From: Phoronis australis
Taxonomy: Eukaryota > Animalia > Phoronida
Assembly (NCBI GenBank): GCA_002633005.1
Contig: NMRA01000026.1
Location: 490,434-554,433, forward strand
DNA: 64,000 bases
Reading direction: 5' to 3'
Under the pieces are notes generated by a model. The model ran no database searches. It was not told the origin of the DNA and saw nothing but the letters and a program-made list of their open reading frames with translations. The translations under genes were made by a program, and so were the position numbers. Shown here piece by piece: positions 62,971-64,000 of the stretch; within the stretch, counting starts at the first letter, position 1, and each line of letters begins with the position of its first letter.

Positions 62971-64000
62971 GTAAGTGGACGTAACGCTCTCTACATCATT
63001 AGTTATCGTCGGAAGAGCATGTCTTAGACTGCAATAAATGGAATATGAGGTGAATAAGCGAGCTGTGAGAGCAATCAGTGGATGCCAGTCATCTGTGTGT
63101 ACAGTGTATAGTTGGAATAAAGGTTATTAAAGGTGTCATTACATGTGGCTTTAAACGATCCTTTATATAGCATTCACATGGTGATCAGAAGGCGGGTCTG
63201 CTCTCTTTTCCGCTATCTCACAAACATTTCGCTTATGAATGCTGGGATGTTCGATTAGATGGCTGAGTTTCTTTAACCTCTTTTTAATTACCAGCCAGAG
63301 TTTCATCGTCAGCTGTAGACTCACTTTCGTGAGAAATGAAATTTATGAAATTGTTCAGCGTGTTCATTAATCGAACTGTATGTGATTTCTTGGCTTGGAG
63401 AGAACGAGAGTTTGTCATTTCTTGAGACCCGCAGGTGAGGAATTTTAGGCGGCAAGCCTGGTCTCTTAGCAACGACAAACAAATGTTGGAGCAGAACAAA
63501 TCTAATTACAGAATGATTCGGCCACCTTAATAACTTTGTTTTTAATTCCCCATCGTTCTGGGTCATCAGGGGAGAGTACTATGTCGATGAATTTGGCTTC
63601 CGTAAAGCTGTCACAATAAGGGAATTCCTGGTCATTTTGTCTAAATACTGTTGGCTTCTACTGTAGTTGGGATAAAATTTGTTTATTTGGCAGAATGTGG
63701 ATTTATTACGGTAAAAATTATCCAGTTTGTTACTGTGAAATAGTCGCTCATGTTCGGAATTTGTACCAAAGTTTATAAATAAGGAATGCTGCCCATCCCA
63801 AATTGAAAAGTTACAATCAATGACAAACGATCGTGCACCTAAATGTTACACACAAAAATGTTGCGTCAGTGGCTAATTGCCGATTTTATCAGCTGTCGAG
63901 TCTATTTTCAGACTCTGTTGATACAAAATGTGCAGTGTCTGTTTGAGAAATATCATGAATGCCAAAACCTCCCATGTCCCAATTTTAGGAATCGAAAAAA

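Overview
AT-rich, repeat-rich eukaryotic (probably marine invertebrate) genomic DNA. The only host gene I can support is a plus-strand insulin/IGF-receptor-family gene. Twelve coding exons (28105-62970, 2634 nt, about 878 codons) all have GT-AG junctions with compatible phases. They encode the whole ectodomain: L1, Cys-rich, L2, FnIII-1, FnIII-2 with insert domain, alphaCT and RRRKR furin site, and FnIII-3. The signal-peptide exon is not confidently found, and the transmembrane and kinase exons lie beyond the right edge. Exon numbers are provisional, counting the missing signal exon as 1. The receptor is unusual in two ways: the normally conserved L1 'DIRN' ligand-binding motif reads 'TVAG', and there are four extra cysteines around the alpha/beta junction. 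The introns hold TTAA-flanked Kolobok-type elements (one built from two head-to-head THAP-gene 5' ends), Harbinger-like MITEs, Helentron-like (HINE) elements (one with a regularly spaced CTCF-motif array), Penelope and LINE remnants, and minisatellites. Most ORFs in the supplied track are spurious. All alignments were done by eye, and human INSR comparisons are from memory.
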